In this document: positions 38,278-47,215 of the stretch, piece by piece
Position numbering within the stretch: the first letter of the stretch is position 1
Layout of the letters: each line of letters opens with the position of its first letter
DNA from: Candidatus Doudnabacteria bacterium
GTDB lineage: Bacteria > Patescibacteriota > Doudnabacteria > UBA920 > O2-02-FULL-48-8
Reading direction: 5' to 3'
NCBI GenBank assembly: GCA_037200925.1
Contig: JBBCGO010000001.1
Coordinates: 246,366-310,365 of the forward strand
Length of the DNA: 64,000 nt
The notes under the pieces: generated by a model
What the model was told of the DNA's origin: nothing
Seen by the model: only the letters and a program-made list of their open reading frames with translations
The model's database searches: none
Made by a program: the position numbers and the translations under genes

Positions 38278-41200
38278 TGATCTTGACCGTGTCGGAGAAG
38301 TTCACATCATCAGGATTGAGAGCTGACTGGATCTGTGCCGGGCTGGCCGTAAAGTCGCCTTTGTTCACTGCTCTCGCATAGTACTGGACTGCCGGCTCGC
38401 ATTGCGAAAAAGTACTGAAGTTCTTCGGGACGGTAAAGTAGAGTTTATTATCCACCACTTTATCCGGGTACCACAGGCAGTTGTAGCCCTGGTCAATTCC
38501 CAGAGTGTACGGGTCAGTCACGGGCTTTAGGCCGCTCGGCAGATAATCCACGATCTGATAATCGCCGTTTAGGGCTTTGGCCCCGACCTTGGGGAAAAGT
38601 TTGACTTTCACAATGTCGGAATCGTTAAAGCTGGTGGTGGCCTTGCCGTTGACCACGTATTGGCGGGTCAGGGATAGGTTGGCATCGCGGGCCACGGTAG
38701 CCGAATTCAGGCTTTGTTCAAAGAAACTTGAGACTTGCATATCGCCGGAAATATTGCTGAAGTTCAGACTCTTAAGTTCATCTTCAGAAAGCGTAACGCT
38801 GTAGGTATCGCCGTTCTGCAGACTCACATCCTCTGACCTGGCATTGGTCTGGTAATGCAGTTTGGCGGCGCTCTGGCTCGTTTGCGCGATCGCAGACTTG
38901 ATGAACATTACTCTTTGTAAAATATCCAGATCCTTGGCCGGCGGATGACCCTGCATATAATTCCACAGTAAGTCTGCATCATCGGTCAGGTTCAGGTCTG
39001 AGGCCAGAACCGCGGCCGTGTCACTCAGCTTGATCTGCGCATCATTCTCGCCAAGTTCGGCAAACCAGGCCTGTGAGCCGTCAACGTGCAGGTGCGGGTG
39101 AATATCTTTCTGATACAGATTTCTTGCTTCTTCCAGATCTCCAAGCTTGACTAAGCCTAACGCTACATAGACCTTATCCTGCCAGGTCAAGTCTGCAACT
39201 GTCTGGATGTCCTGCAATCTCGATAAGACCGGTTTGCCAAGGCTGGCCAGGCCATACAGCGCTAGGGCCTGCCTGTGCAGGTCAGTTTTCGTGTCATGCA
39301 AAGCTGCGGTAAAATAATCACCCACGCTGTTCTGCGACACATAGCCTCCGGCCAGGTCCGAAACATACGCGCTCAGTTCCAGGTCCGGATCGCTGTAAGG
39401 AAGAAGCCTGATGCCTCCCGCATCCGAAGAAACATATGCGCTTAAGTCCAGTTTATCTTGCGGCTGCGCTTTGAAATAATTACTCAGGATATCCGCGGCA
39501 AAATAGCTTCCCACAACCTGGTCCACGCGCAGGCCTCCGGAATAACTGCTATAGAGCAGGTCCTGATAGAATTTTCCTTTACCCGCATCCATGAACTCAA
39601 GCTTCGTGAACCCGCCCGGGTTTCCGGCCAGGCTTTGGTTGCCGGATACGACTTTTACTGTGCTGACCGAAGGCTTGGTATAGTAGCTGTTGGAAACGGT
39701 GATGTGTTTTTTCAAAGCATCTGACAGGGCTCCTTGTTTTCCTGAAATGACCAGATCAAATTCGCCTTGAGGCAGATTGCCGAGGGTGATGGTGGCCTGA
39801 TGGTTTTTCAGGGTCACGGTCTGGTTGAATTTCAAGCCGTCGCTGGCGATGCTGACCTGCGCATCCTGGTCCGTATGGTATCCGGTGCCGTACAATCCGA
39901 TCTTGACCTGCGGGTTGTCGCCGGTAAGATAAGAGTCGGACAGGACCGCGTTGACGAACAGGGGCAGGGTTGAAGGGACGAGTTTTGTGTTCTCGCCGGC
40001 TTTGAGAGTGTTGGTGTCAAACGACCTGGCCGTCACTCTCCAGGAAGTGATATTGTCCGCGGTGGTAAAATCCATTTTGGCATTGCCGGAAGCATCCGTC
40101 TGCAAGGTCTGGAATGCTGCGGTGTCAATAAAATTAGACCTTACCGAAGTGCCGCCTTTTTCCGCATTGTGCACGTAGATCCCGTCCGCAAAATAAGTAT
40201 GGTATTTGCCGACAATGATATTATAAACAGTGGTGTGCGGCGCGTTCCGATGCGCAATGGACCTGATGATCTGGGTTCGTCCGTCAGTTAAGACCAGCGT
40301 ATCGCCGACCTTGGCATTGCCCGCAAGATCCCAGTCGCCATTGAGGAATATCTTATGCTCTTCGGTCACCTGCAAATTGTTGTTGATGATCAGGAAATCA
40401 TCAACCTCGTGGCTGGATATGCCCTGCACGATCGCGGGCACCAGTGTGCGGCTGGACGGATCTTTAAAGGTCAGCAGCTCGTCGCCAATCTTGATATTTT
40501 CAATTCCTATGGTATGCCCGCTGGCGAGCAGGATCTGCGTGCCCGCAGTAAAGCAGCCGCCTTTTTCCGCGCCGCCTCCGGCCGCATATTTCGGCAGCAA
40601 ATAATCCGTGGAGCCGGTAAGAGGATAGGTGTAGATGGTTTGGTACAGGCTGTCCAGGATCTGCTGCTGCGAAGTATAGGGCAGGACATGGAACACGGCT
40701 TCATCCACTATCGCCACATTGGTCTGGGCGGCCAGGGGCTTTCCGTCCTTGTCCGTGATGTGGAATGAAAGCGCAACCTTGTCCCCCGGCCGGTAGCTGA
40801 CCTTGTCCGAAGAAATGTTGATCTTGATGTTATTGTCGCTGGCCTTGAACAGCGCAAACACTGAATTGCTTTCTTCAAACCCGTACGGGCCCAAGACCAC
40901 GGCCATGTACTGGACCGAAGGCGCAAAGTCATTGCCGAAGTTCTCGGTAAAGGTCGGGCTCTTGGCCACCACGGCTTTGGAAATGCTGTTCTGGAACCGG
41001 TAGTAGAGGATGGGCTGATCGGCGATATTCGTAGTCCCTGATCCCTGCACGGTCAGGTTCACCGGGTCATTGAAAGAAAATTCTTTCTGGTAGGTTTCGT
41101 TGTTGATGTTCAAGGAAAGGCCGGACGGGTTCCAGACATCATAGTTAGCATAAAAAGCGTAAGTCTGGGCCGTAGCAATGCGTCCCTGCGCATCGGTGAC

Positions 41201-43819
41201 GCTGAAGGTGATGGTGTAATAAGTATTGTCGGCTTTGGGCAGATTTTTGGCAAAGCTCCATTCGCCGTTGCTGTCCGTGGTGCCGCTGACCGGGTCCAGA
41301 TCCAGATCGCTGCGGACATAGTCGTAAGTCTTATTTACGGTTTTATTGATCGGATCATAATAATTTCCGGTCTCCACCTGGTTATAAGTAGTTTTGGTGA
41401 TCTTGGCGCTGATGGGATAATTGGCCACAGGTCCGGCAATATATTCGGTCCGAAATCCTCCGTTGTCGTCCGGCACCTGGTTATTGATGTCAATGTTGTT
41501 GACCTTGGCTTTGAAAGTATAATTGTCGCCGGACTGCTTGGCCTGGTCAGCCTGCAGATACATGTGCGGGCCGAAGACCAGCACATCCCCGGTGCCGGAG
41601 ATCTGCCCTTCTTCCGCGGTAGCCGGGGTAAAATTCAAACTCAAATCGCGCGGATAATAAGAATCCACGTCAGCGACATAATCGGGAGTTTGTGTTACGG
41701 TGGCCTGCCCATTATTATCCAGCGTCACCTGGCCGGTAATGTCGCCGTTCCAATATGCATTGTAATTAAGCGTGATGTTGTTCAGCGGAGTGCCGTCAAA
41801 GAATGCGCCCTTGACCGTGAACGTCACCGGATCTCCGGCAAAGATCGCAGGCTTATCCGTGGTCACTGTCAACTGGTAAGAGGGTTTGGTGTAGGTCAGA
41901 ACTTCAATGCTGCTCTGGCTTACGGTTTCATTGCCGAATAAGACCACCAGATTGTAAGTTTTCGGGTCCAGGCCCTGAAATGACAGGCTGCCTTCGATCG
42001 TATTGAAAGGCGTGACCATAACATCGGTGGAGACGACCGGCTGCTGCTGGCTGAAATCAGCATTGTAATCATAGAATCTGGAATTGTCGTAGAGCGCAAC
42101 TGTGACCTTCTTCTGCCGGACATCTTCTTTGCGGGATTTCACCACGCCCCAGAACCTGACCGTGTCGGTCATCTGGTATGTGTAGCGGTCCGTGGACATG
42201 AATTTCCAATAATTGTCCCCGGAATTTACGCCGCTGCCGGTGTACCCCCACCTATCCTGGATCTTTACGAACGTAACATTTTTATCCGCGTCGGTAACTT
42301 TGAAGAACGAAGGATTGGGATTGAGGCTGGTGTTTTCCGCTTTCAGCGGGTCCGGCGTGTTGAACTGCAATAGGCCGTCCGCATTACTTACGCCCAAATT
42401 CTGGCTGCTGCTGCCGGACTGCACGAAATCCACGCTCGCGTTTTTCAAAGCGGTCTTGGAGCTAAAATCATCCAGCCAGAGCAGGCCTGTGTCATGCGTC
42501 ACGGAAAAATAATGGGCAGCGCCGGTGACCTGCAGCCAGACTTGCTTGTGCTGGCCGGCCAGAGTCACGTCCACCACATACAGACCTTTGTTTAAGACTT
42601 GCGGAATTTCTATATAACTTTGGTAGTCCTGGACCACCACGTCCGGTTTGAATGTCAGCACCGGCTGTTTTCCTTTGGTGTCATAGCTTACCGGATTGTT
42701 CTGGCGGTAGTAATTCGTCCAGCCCCAGCTCCAGGTCCGGCTGTTCTGGTAACTGGTTAGGAATTCATCAGGGCTGCTGATGCTGTAAACACTGACAGAC
42801 AGATCATTGCTATTAACATTGTTGCTGTATGCGCTCAAATCGGTTTTAATGCCTGCCGGAGCTTCCACAAAGTCATTGGAAAAACTAAAATAGCTGCTGG
42901 GTTGGGTATAATTGCTCAGCGTTTCAAAAGCGAACTGATAATCATCAGACAAACTATCGGTACTTCCTTGCGTCTTCAGGCCTTTTTTGATAGTGACCGT
43001 ATAGACCGTATTCTCGGCCAGAGGATTTTTCGGCAAAAACACTGCCGTGTCATCATAAACCTCGAACCGTCCGTCAACTTTGGGTGCAATGGTAAAATAT
43101 TGGTCCATGTTCTGGATGTTCGTGCGGTTAAAGGTCATTTCTATCCCGGTGTTGGTCGGCACATAAGTCGTCTTATTTCCGGGAAGGGTTTTGAGCACCT
43201 GGAAACCGGCTTTGACCTGAAAAGCCCAGCCGTATTGCCGGTCAGCGTAGATCTTATCGTTGATCAGGCTCTGGTAGACGATGCCCGCTTTCAGATCTTC
43301 CGTGGGCTGCAGCTGGTAGCTATATGAACCCGCGCTATCGGCAGCCAAGGCGCTTTTTATAATAGGATTGCCAAGGCCCACCTGTTTGACCGAGAAATTT
43401 ACAGGAGGGTTGAATTTTAGAATTTTTTGGACCTGGCTGCCTGATAAGGCCTGCGAGCTTTGCAGTGTGAAAGCTGTGTGCGGATTGACCCCGGCCGCGT
43501 CCTGCATGGTCGCTTTCAGTACAAATTGCGCAGGAAGAGGATGGCCGGAAAACAATTTCCATCCGATGAATATTAAAAGCAAGACCAGAACTATGGCTGC
43601 TGCCGCATAGACCGGTTTGCGGAAAAATTTTTTAGTTTTGCCGGTTGAACTTAAACCTTCGGCTTCAACATGATTTGGCTGCATAGAACTAAAAGCCTGG
43701 TCTATATCCGCTGGCTGCCAACCCTCGTTCATGAGATTTTGCCTGATCGCATCATCGCTTAAGCCGGCGCTTCTGGATTGTTTGATATATTCTGATGCAT
43801 GCGCATGCTCAATTGCCAT
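38267..43819 (-). CDS. Alpha-2-macroglobulin family protein with Ig-like N-domains and internal Hint domain
   Basis: TDRYTY, Y.PGD.V, AIVDEAV, VRSNFIDTA, DNITSWRVTA, DYLPSGL, YYARAV..G.F. Confidence 0.9.
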   Translation of the reverse strand: MAIEHAHASEYIKQSRSAGLSDDAIRQNLMNEGWQPADIDQAFSSMQPNHVEAEGLSSTGKTKKFFRKPVYAAAAIVLVLLLIFIGWKLFSGHPLPAQFVLKATMQDAAGVNPHTAFTLQSSQALSGSQVQKILKFNPPVNFSVKQVGLGNPIIKSALAADSAGSYSYQLQPTEDLKAGIVYQSLINDKIYADRQYGWAFQVKAGFQVLKTLPGNKTTYVPTNTGIEMTFNRTNIQNMDQYFTIAPKVDGRFEVYDDTAVFLPKNPLAENTVYTVTIKKGLKTQGSTDSLSDDYQFAFETLSNYTQPSSYFSFSNDFVEAPAGIKTDLSAYSNNVNSNDLSVSVYSISSPDEFLTSYQNSRTWSWGWTNYYRQNNPVSYDTKGKQPVLTFKPDVVVQDYQSYIEIPQVLNKGLYVVDVTLAGQHKQVWLQVTGAAHYFSVTHDTGLLWLDDFSSKTALKNASVDFVQSGSSSQNLGVSNADGLLQFNTPDPLKAENTSLNPNPSFFKVTDADKNVTFVKIQDRWGYTGSGVNSGDNYWKFMSTDRYTYQMTDTVRFWGVVKSRKEDVRQKKVTVALYDNSRFYDYNADFSQQQPVVSTDVMVTPFNTIEGSLSFQGLDPKTYNLVVLFGNETVSQSSIEVLTYTKPSYQLTVTTDKPAIFAGDPVTFTVKGAFFDGTPLNNITLNYNAYWNGDITGQVTLDNNGQATVTQTPDYVADVDSYYPRDLSLNFTPATAEEGQISGTGDVLVFGPHMYLQADQAKQSGDNYTFKAKVNNIDINNQVPDDNGGFRTEYIAGPVANYPISAKITKTTYNQVETGNYYDPINKTVNKTYDYVRSDLDLDPVSGTTDSNGEWSFAKNLPKADNTYYTITFSVTDAQGRIATAQTYAFYANYDVWNPSGLSLNINNETYQKEFSFNDPVNLTVQGSGTTNIADQPILYYRFQNSISKAVVAKSPTFTENFGNDFAPSVQYMAVVLGPYGFEESNSVFALFKASDNNIKINISSDKVSYRPGDKVALSFHITDKDGKPLAAQTNVAIVDEAVFHVLPYTSQQQILDSLYQTIYTYPLTGSTDYLLPKYAAGGGAEKGGCFTAGTQILLASGHTIGIENIKIGDELLTFKDPSSRTLVPAIVQGISSHEVDDFLIINNNLQVTEEHKIFLNGDWDLAGNAKVGDTLVLTDGRTQIIRSIAHRNAPHTTVYNIIVGKYHTYFADGIYVHNAEKGGTSVRSNFIDTAAFQTLQTDASGNAKMDFTTADNITSWRVTARSFDTNTLKAGENTKLVPSTLPLFVNAVLSDSYLTGDNPQVKIGLYGTGYHTDQDAQVSIASDGLKFNQTVTLKNHQATITLGNLPQGEFDLVISGKQGALSDALKKHITVSNSYYTKPSVSTVKVVSGNQSLAGNPGGFTKLEFMDAGKGKFYQDLLYSSYSGGLRVDQVVGSYFAADILSNYFKAQPQDKLDLSAYVSSDAGGIRLLPYSDPDLELSAYVSDLAGGYVSQNSVGDYFTAALHDTKTDLHRQALALYGLASLGKPVLSRLQDIQTVADLTWQDKVYVALGLVKLGDLEEARNLYQKDIHPHLHVDGSQAWFAELGENDAQIKLSDTAAVLASDLNLTDDADLLWNYMQGHPPAKDLDILQRVMFIKSAIAQTSQSAAKLHYQTNARSEDVSLQNGDTYSVTLSEDELKSLNFSNISGDMQVSSFFEQSLNSATVARDANLSLTRQYVVNGKATTSFNDSDIVKVKLFPKVGAKALNGDYQIVDYLPSGLKPVTDPYTLGIDQGYNCLWYPDKVVDNKLYFTVPKNFSTFSQCEPAVQYYARAVNKGDFTASPAQIQSALNPDDVNFSDTVKINVK
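40166..40555 (-). other. Hint (intein-like/BIL) domain, 130 aa, Cys1089-Asn1218
   Basis: CFTAGTQI, IENIKIGD, VTEEH (TxxH), VYNIIV..YHTYFADGIYVHN; flanked by an exact 15-bp repeat at 40151-40165 and 40556-40570. Confidence 0.93.
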
Positions 43820-43925
43820 ATATTAATAGTTGTTTAATTGCTTCAATTATACACTAAATCCGGTTATTGCTCACGTTTTTGCTTGGGTCAAAATAAAAGC
43901 CTCAGGCTGACCCTGAGGCGTTGAT

Positions 43926-44387
43926 TCATTCAATATCGATTATCTCGTATTCGGTTTTTCCGGCCGGGGTTTCCACCGGGATCTTATCCCCTTTCTTGGC
44001 CCCGAGCAGGGCGCGGCCGACCAGGCTTTCGTTGCTGATCTTTCCGGTCGCAGGATTGGCTTCGTTTGCCCCCACGATCGTATATTTTATTTCATTTCCG
44101 TTGATGCGAAGCGAGACTGTGGATCCGATCGAGACCATATTGTTATTGTTGTTTTTCGCGATGATCTGGGCATTCTTGATCATTTCCTCGATTTCCATAA
44201 TGCGGCCTTCAATGAAAGCCTGTTCTTCCTTGGCCTGCGCGTAATCGGCATTTTCCGACAGATCACCGTGCGAAACCGCTTCCTGAATGCGCTCGATCAC
44301 CTCCTTGCGCCGTTCTTCCTTCAGAACCTTTAATTCAGCGCGGAGTTTCTTCAACCCGTCTTCCGTCAACAATACAGCTTTTGACAT
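43926..44387 (-). CDS. greA: Transcription elongation factor GreA
   Basis: HGDLSENADY, ISNESLVGRALLG. Confidence 0.96.
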   Translation of the reverse strand: MSKAVLLTEDGLKKLRAELKVLKEERRKEVIERIQEAVSHGDLSENADYAQAKEEQAFIEGRIMEIEEMIKNAQIIAKNNNNNMVSIGSTVSLRINGNEIKYTIVGANEANPATGKISNESLVGRALLGAKKGDKIPVETPAGKTEYEIIDIE

Positions 44388-44491
44388 AATTTACTTGATT
44401 TAAGGGCCTAAAATTTGGTCCTTGATTAATGAGCCTGCAATACTATAATCCATATAATGATGCCTGTCAATTGGATGTTACAGGCTACACG

Positions 44492-45760
44492 TTACACGAT
44501 AAGAAACCAGATGGTCAAGACGCTGACGATGGTCATAAAAGCTGTGATGATCCACCCCATGGTCGTGATCAGCGGATGGTTCGTCCACTCCTTCATGACC
44601 TTGCGGTTGGAGGAAAGCAAGACTATCACAGCCAGAATAAATGGCGAGACCAGGCCGTTCAGCACTGCCGAATAGATGAGCATTTTGATCACGTCCAGAT
44701 GCAAAAAATTTATAAGCAATCCGACGATCATGGAAACGACAATTACTCCGTAAAACGCATATGCCTGCTTAAACTTCCAGGACAATCCTTCGCGCCAGCC
44801 GAAGCTTTCAGTGATAGCGTACGAAGACGATCCGGCCAGCACCGGTATGCCAAGCAAGCCCGTACCGATGATGCCGATGGTGAACAGCAAAAAAGCAAAG
44901 TTTCCGGCCAAAGGCTTTAAGGCCAATGCTGCCTGGGACGCATCACTGATCTGCGTGATGCCATGGGAGAACAAAGTTGCGGCGCAGACCACGATGATAA
45001 AGAACATCACCAGGTTGGATAAGAACATGCCGGACCAGACATCTACGCGCATCTTACGAATCTCGGCAGGTGTGGTCTGGGCCTGCCTTTGCTTTAAGGA
45101 AGTTTTGCCTTCCATGATCTGCTCTTCCACTTCCTGCGAAGTTTGCCAAAAAAATAGGTAAGGCGAAATAGTGGTTCCCAGAATTGCAGTTAAAATTATC
45201 AGGCTATCCTTATTGAACGCGATCTTCGGCAGCAGGATGTATTTTGCGGCAGAGGCCCAGTCAACATGCACAATAAAGCCCGTAAAAACATAAGCCAGCA
45301 AAACCAGGGCAACCCACTTCAGGATCCGCGCGTAGGATTGGTAGGTTGTAAAGATCTGCAGATATAAAGTTAAAGCGGTGAAGGCAATCAGCAATACCGC
45401 AAAATTTATCGGCACCAGCAGTTCCACTGCTTTGGCCATGATCCCGAGGTCCGCACCCAGATTGAACGTATTGGCCACAAACAGCAGGACCGCCCAAAGA
45501 TACAGGATCCATCTCGGATAATTGCGCGCCACAGCCCCTGCCAATCCTCGGCCTGTGACAATGCCGATCCTGGCGCACATCTCCTGGATGATGGCCATGA
45601 ACGGAAAGGTAAAAGCCGCTGTCCATAAAAATTTAAAACCGAATCCGGCCCCTGCCTGCGAGTAAGTGGCAATGCCGGACGGGTCATCATCCGCAGCACC
45701 AGTGGTCAACCCCGGCCCGAGCATATGCCAGTAATCGGAAACTTTATTTTTGGTTGCCAT
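44492..45760 (-). CDS. NRAMP family divalent metal transporter
   Basis: LGPGL..GAADDDPSGIATYSQAG, GTTISPY. Confidence 0.9.
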   Translation of the reverse strand: MATKNKVSDYWHMLGPGLTTGAADDDPSGIATYSQAGAGFGFKFLWTAAFTFPFMAIIQEMCARIGIVTGRGLAGAVARNYPRWILYLWAVLLFVANTFNLGADLGIMAKAVELLVPINFAVLLIAFTALTLYLQIFTTYQSYARILKWVALVLLAYVFTGFIVHVDWASAAKYILLPKIAFNKDSLIILTAILGTTISPYLFFWQTSQEVEEQIMEGKTSLKQRQAQTTPAEIRKMRVDVWSGMFLSNLVMFFIIVVCAATLFSHGITQISDASQAALALKPLAGNFAFLLFTIGIIGTGLLGIPVLAGSSSYAITESFGWREGLSWKFKQAYAFYGVIVVSMIVGLLINFLHLDVIKMLIYSAVLNGLVSPFILAVIVLLSSNRKVMKEWTNHPLITTMGWIITAFMTIVSVLTIWFLIV

Positions 45761-46202
45761 CTAATTTATCAAGGATGTTTAGCATGACCTCATTCTGCCG
45801 TTCCAAGTGCGCCAGGATCGCTTCGATCTCCGCCTCAGCTTTGATGTTCACCTGAAAATCCGCCTCAGCCCTATACTCGGCATGCCGGCTCTGCAAATTC
45901 TGTCCGATCATAAGAAGCGGCATGAGGAAAATTTGGATCATGTTGGAAATGAACAGCCAGAAGACGAATGCCGGAGCCGGGTCGAACCGCTGGTCAATGG
46001 GGCCAAACGTATTCCATAAAAGCCAAACAATCGTCCAGGCAAAAATGATCAGAAAAAAACCCATGGTCCCGACATGATCCGTGATCCACACAGCCAACCG
46101 TTCCAAGCGGCTCAGGCTTTCTTTGTGCCTTTTGTTGGCATTGATGATCGGCCCGCCGATCTTTTTTACAGCCTCAAGCGAGGGCGGTTTTTTTGATTTC
46201 AA
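45744..46202 (-). CDS. DUF1003 membrane protein
   Basis: VGTM.F, FDP.P, PLLMIGQN, D..VN.KAE. Confidence 0.85.
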   Translation of the reverse strand: MKSKKPPSLEAVKKIGGPIINANKRHKESLSRLERLAVWITDHVGTMGFFLIIFAWTIVWLLWNTFGPIDQRFDPAPAFVFWLFISNMIQIFLMPLLMIGQNLQSRHAEYRAEADFQVNIKAEAEIEAILAHLERQNEVMLNILDKLDGNQK

Positions 46203-46238
46203 GGTTTGTAGTTAAATATGCTTTAAGTATACTCTGTA

Positions 46239-46267
46239 TTGACAAAACGGGCAAAAACCACTATGAT
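46239..46267 (+). promoter_or_regulatory. Sigma70-type promoter
   Basis: TTGACA-17 bp-TATGAT. Confidence 0.7.
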
Positions 46268-46346
46268 CTAGCTCACTTCAAACTAGCGGAGCCGCAAACG
46301 TAAACCATCGAGGAGATTGGGTCAACCCTCAGAAAGAGGCAGTGGC

Positions 46347-46574
46347 ATGGACCGTTTGGAGTTAGAATGTATCGTCAGAAAGACGATCGCCAACCGCACT
46401 GAGATCAGCCTCAGCGACGCTGACAGCGAAATTCTTGTCACGGACATTGCCATCTCTGTCGGGCAGAAACTGGCTGACGAAACAGCCGCAGCCAGAAAGC
46501 ACGTCATTGCCGCGGCGAAAAATTTAAGCGACCTCGGTGAGATAATTCGTGAGCTTTGCGAAATTATCGAGTAG
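46347..46574 (+). CDS. Small helical hypothetical protein
   Basis: Downstream of the promoter; resembles 54618-54830. Confidence 0.55.
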   Translation: MDRLELECIVRKTIANRTEISLSDADSEILVTDIAISVGQKLADETAAARKHVIAAAKNLSDLGEIIRELCEIIE

Positions 46575-46629
46575 GACAAAGCTTTCGTTCATATTTCCTC
46601 GGCGCGCAAAAAAAACGGAGGCAAGAAGA

Positions 46630-46989
46630 ATGACGAACATGACCTCGGAAGCCCGCGAGGCGATCCTCCAGCTCATGAAGAGTGAGAGGGATGCCTGGGT
46701 CACCCCGACTCATGAACAGAATGATCCTGATAACTGGGGCTACGAAATGATGGTTGCCGACATCGAGACTGCCATGATCCGGTTTGAGGCAGGCGGAGTG
46801 AAGGACGCGCTCTTAATTCTCGAGAACATCCGGGACCGCACAACCACGACCACTGATCCTCCGGGAAAGACGTACAAAGAGCCGCCTCCTGAATTCCGCA
46901 GGCTCTTCGAAGCGACCGAACAAATAATCCGGATGAGGGAAGAGAACCTCAACCGGCTGATCGAGCTTCTCAGAGTTCAGATCAACTGA
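46630..46989 (+). CDS. Hypothetical protein
   Basis: SD GGAGG; terminator-like hairpin at ~47015-47048. Confidence 0.6.
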   Translation: MTNMTSEAREAILQLMKSERDAWVTPTHEQNDPDNWGYEMMVADIETAMIRFEAGGVKDALLILENIRDRTTTTTDPPGKTYKEPPPEFRRLFEATEQIIRMREENLNRLIELLRVQIN

Positions 46990-47091
46990 TGCCAGCAGAA
47001 GTTTGAAAGCCGCACAACCGCCTTGGTCACAGACCAATGCGGTTTTTTATTGACTCCATTTCTTTCTCTCTCCTCCCAAGCGACGGCAAAA

Positions 47092-47205
47092 AGCGAGGCC
47101 TTTGCAAAAAACTAGCCTTCGCAGGCCGACCTTAGTCGGCCGAGAAAGCAGGCAGCAAATTTAATTAAATTTGACTGCCGGTAGTTTTTGTAAAGGCCGA
47201 GCGCC
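47092..47205. repeat. Three-way-junction structured element, copy 1
   Basis: AGCGAGG..CCGAGCGCC ends, outer stem plus two inner hairpins. Confidence 0.7.
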
Positions 47206-47215
47206 TCTGTCGGAG

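Noticed and set aside
40166-40555. Canonical splicing intein
   Set aside because: The +1 residue is Ala, there is no homing endonuclease, and the host is an exported protein; treated as a BIL-type Hint domain.
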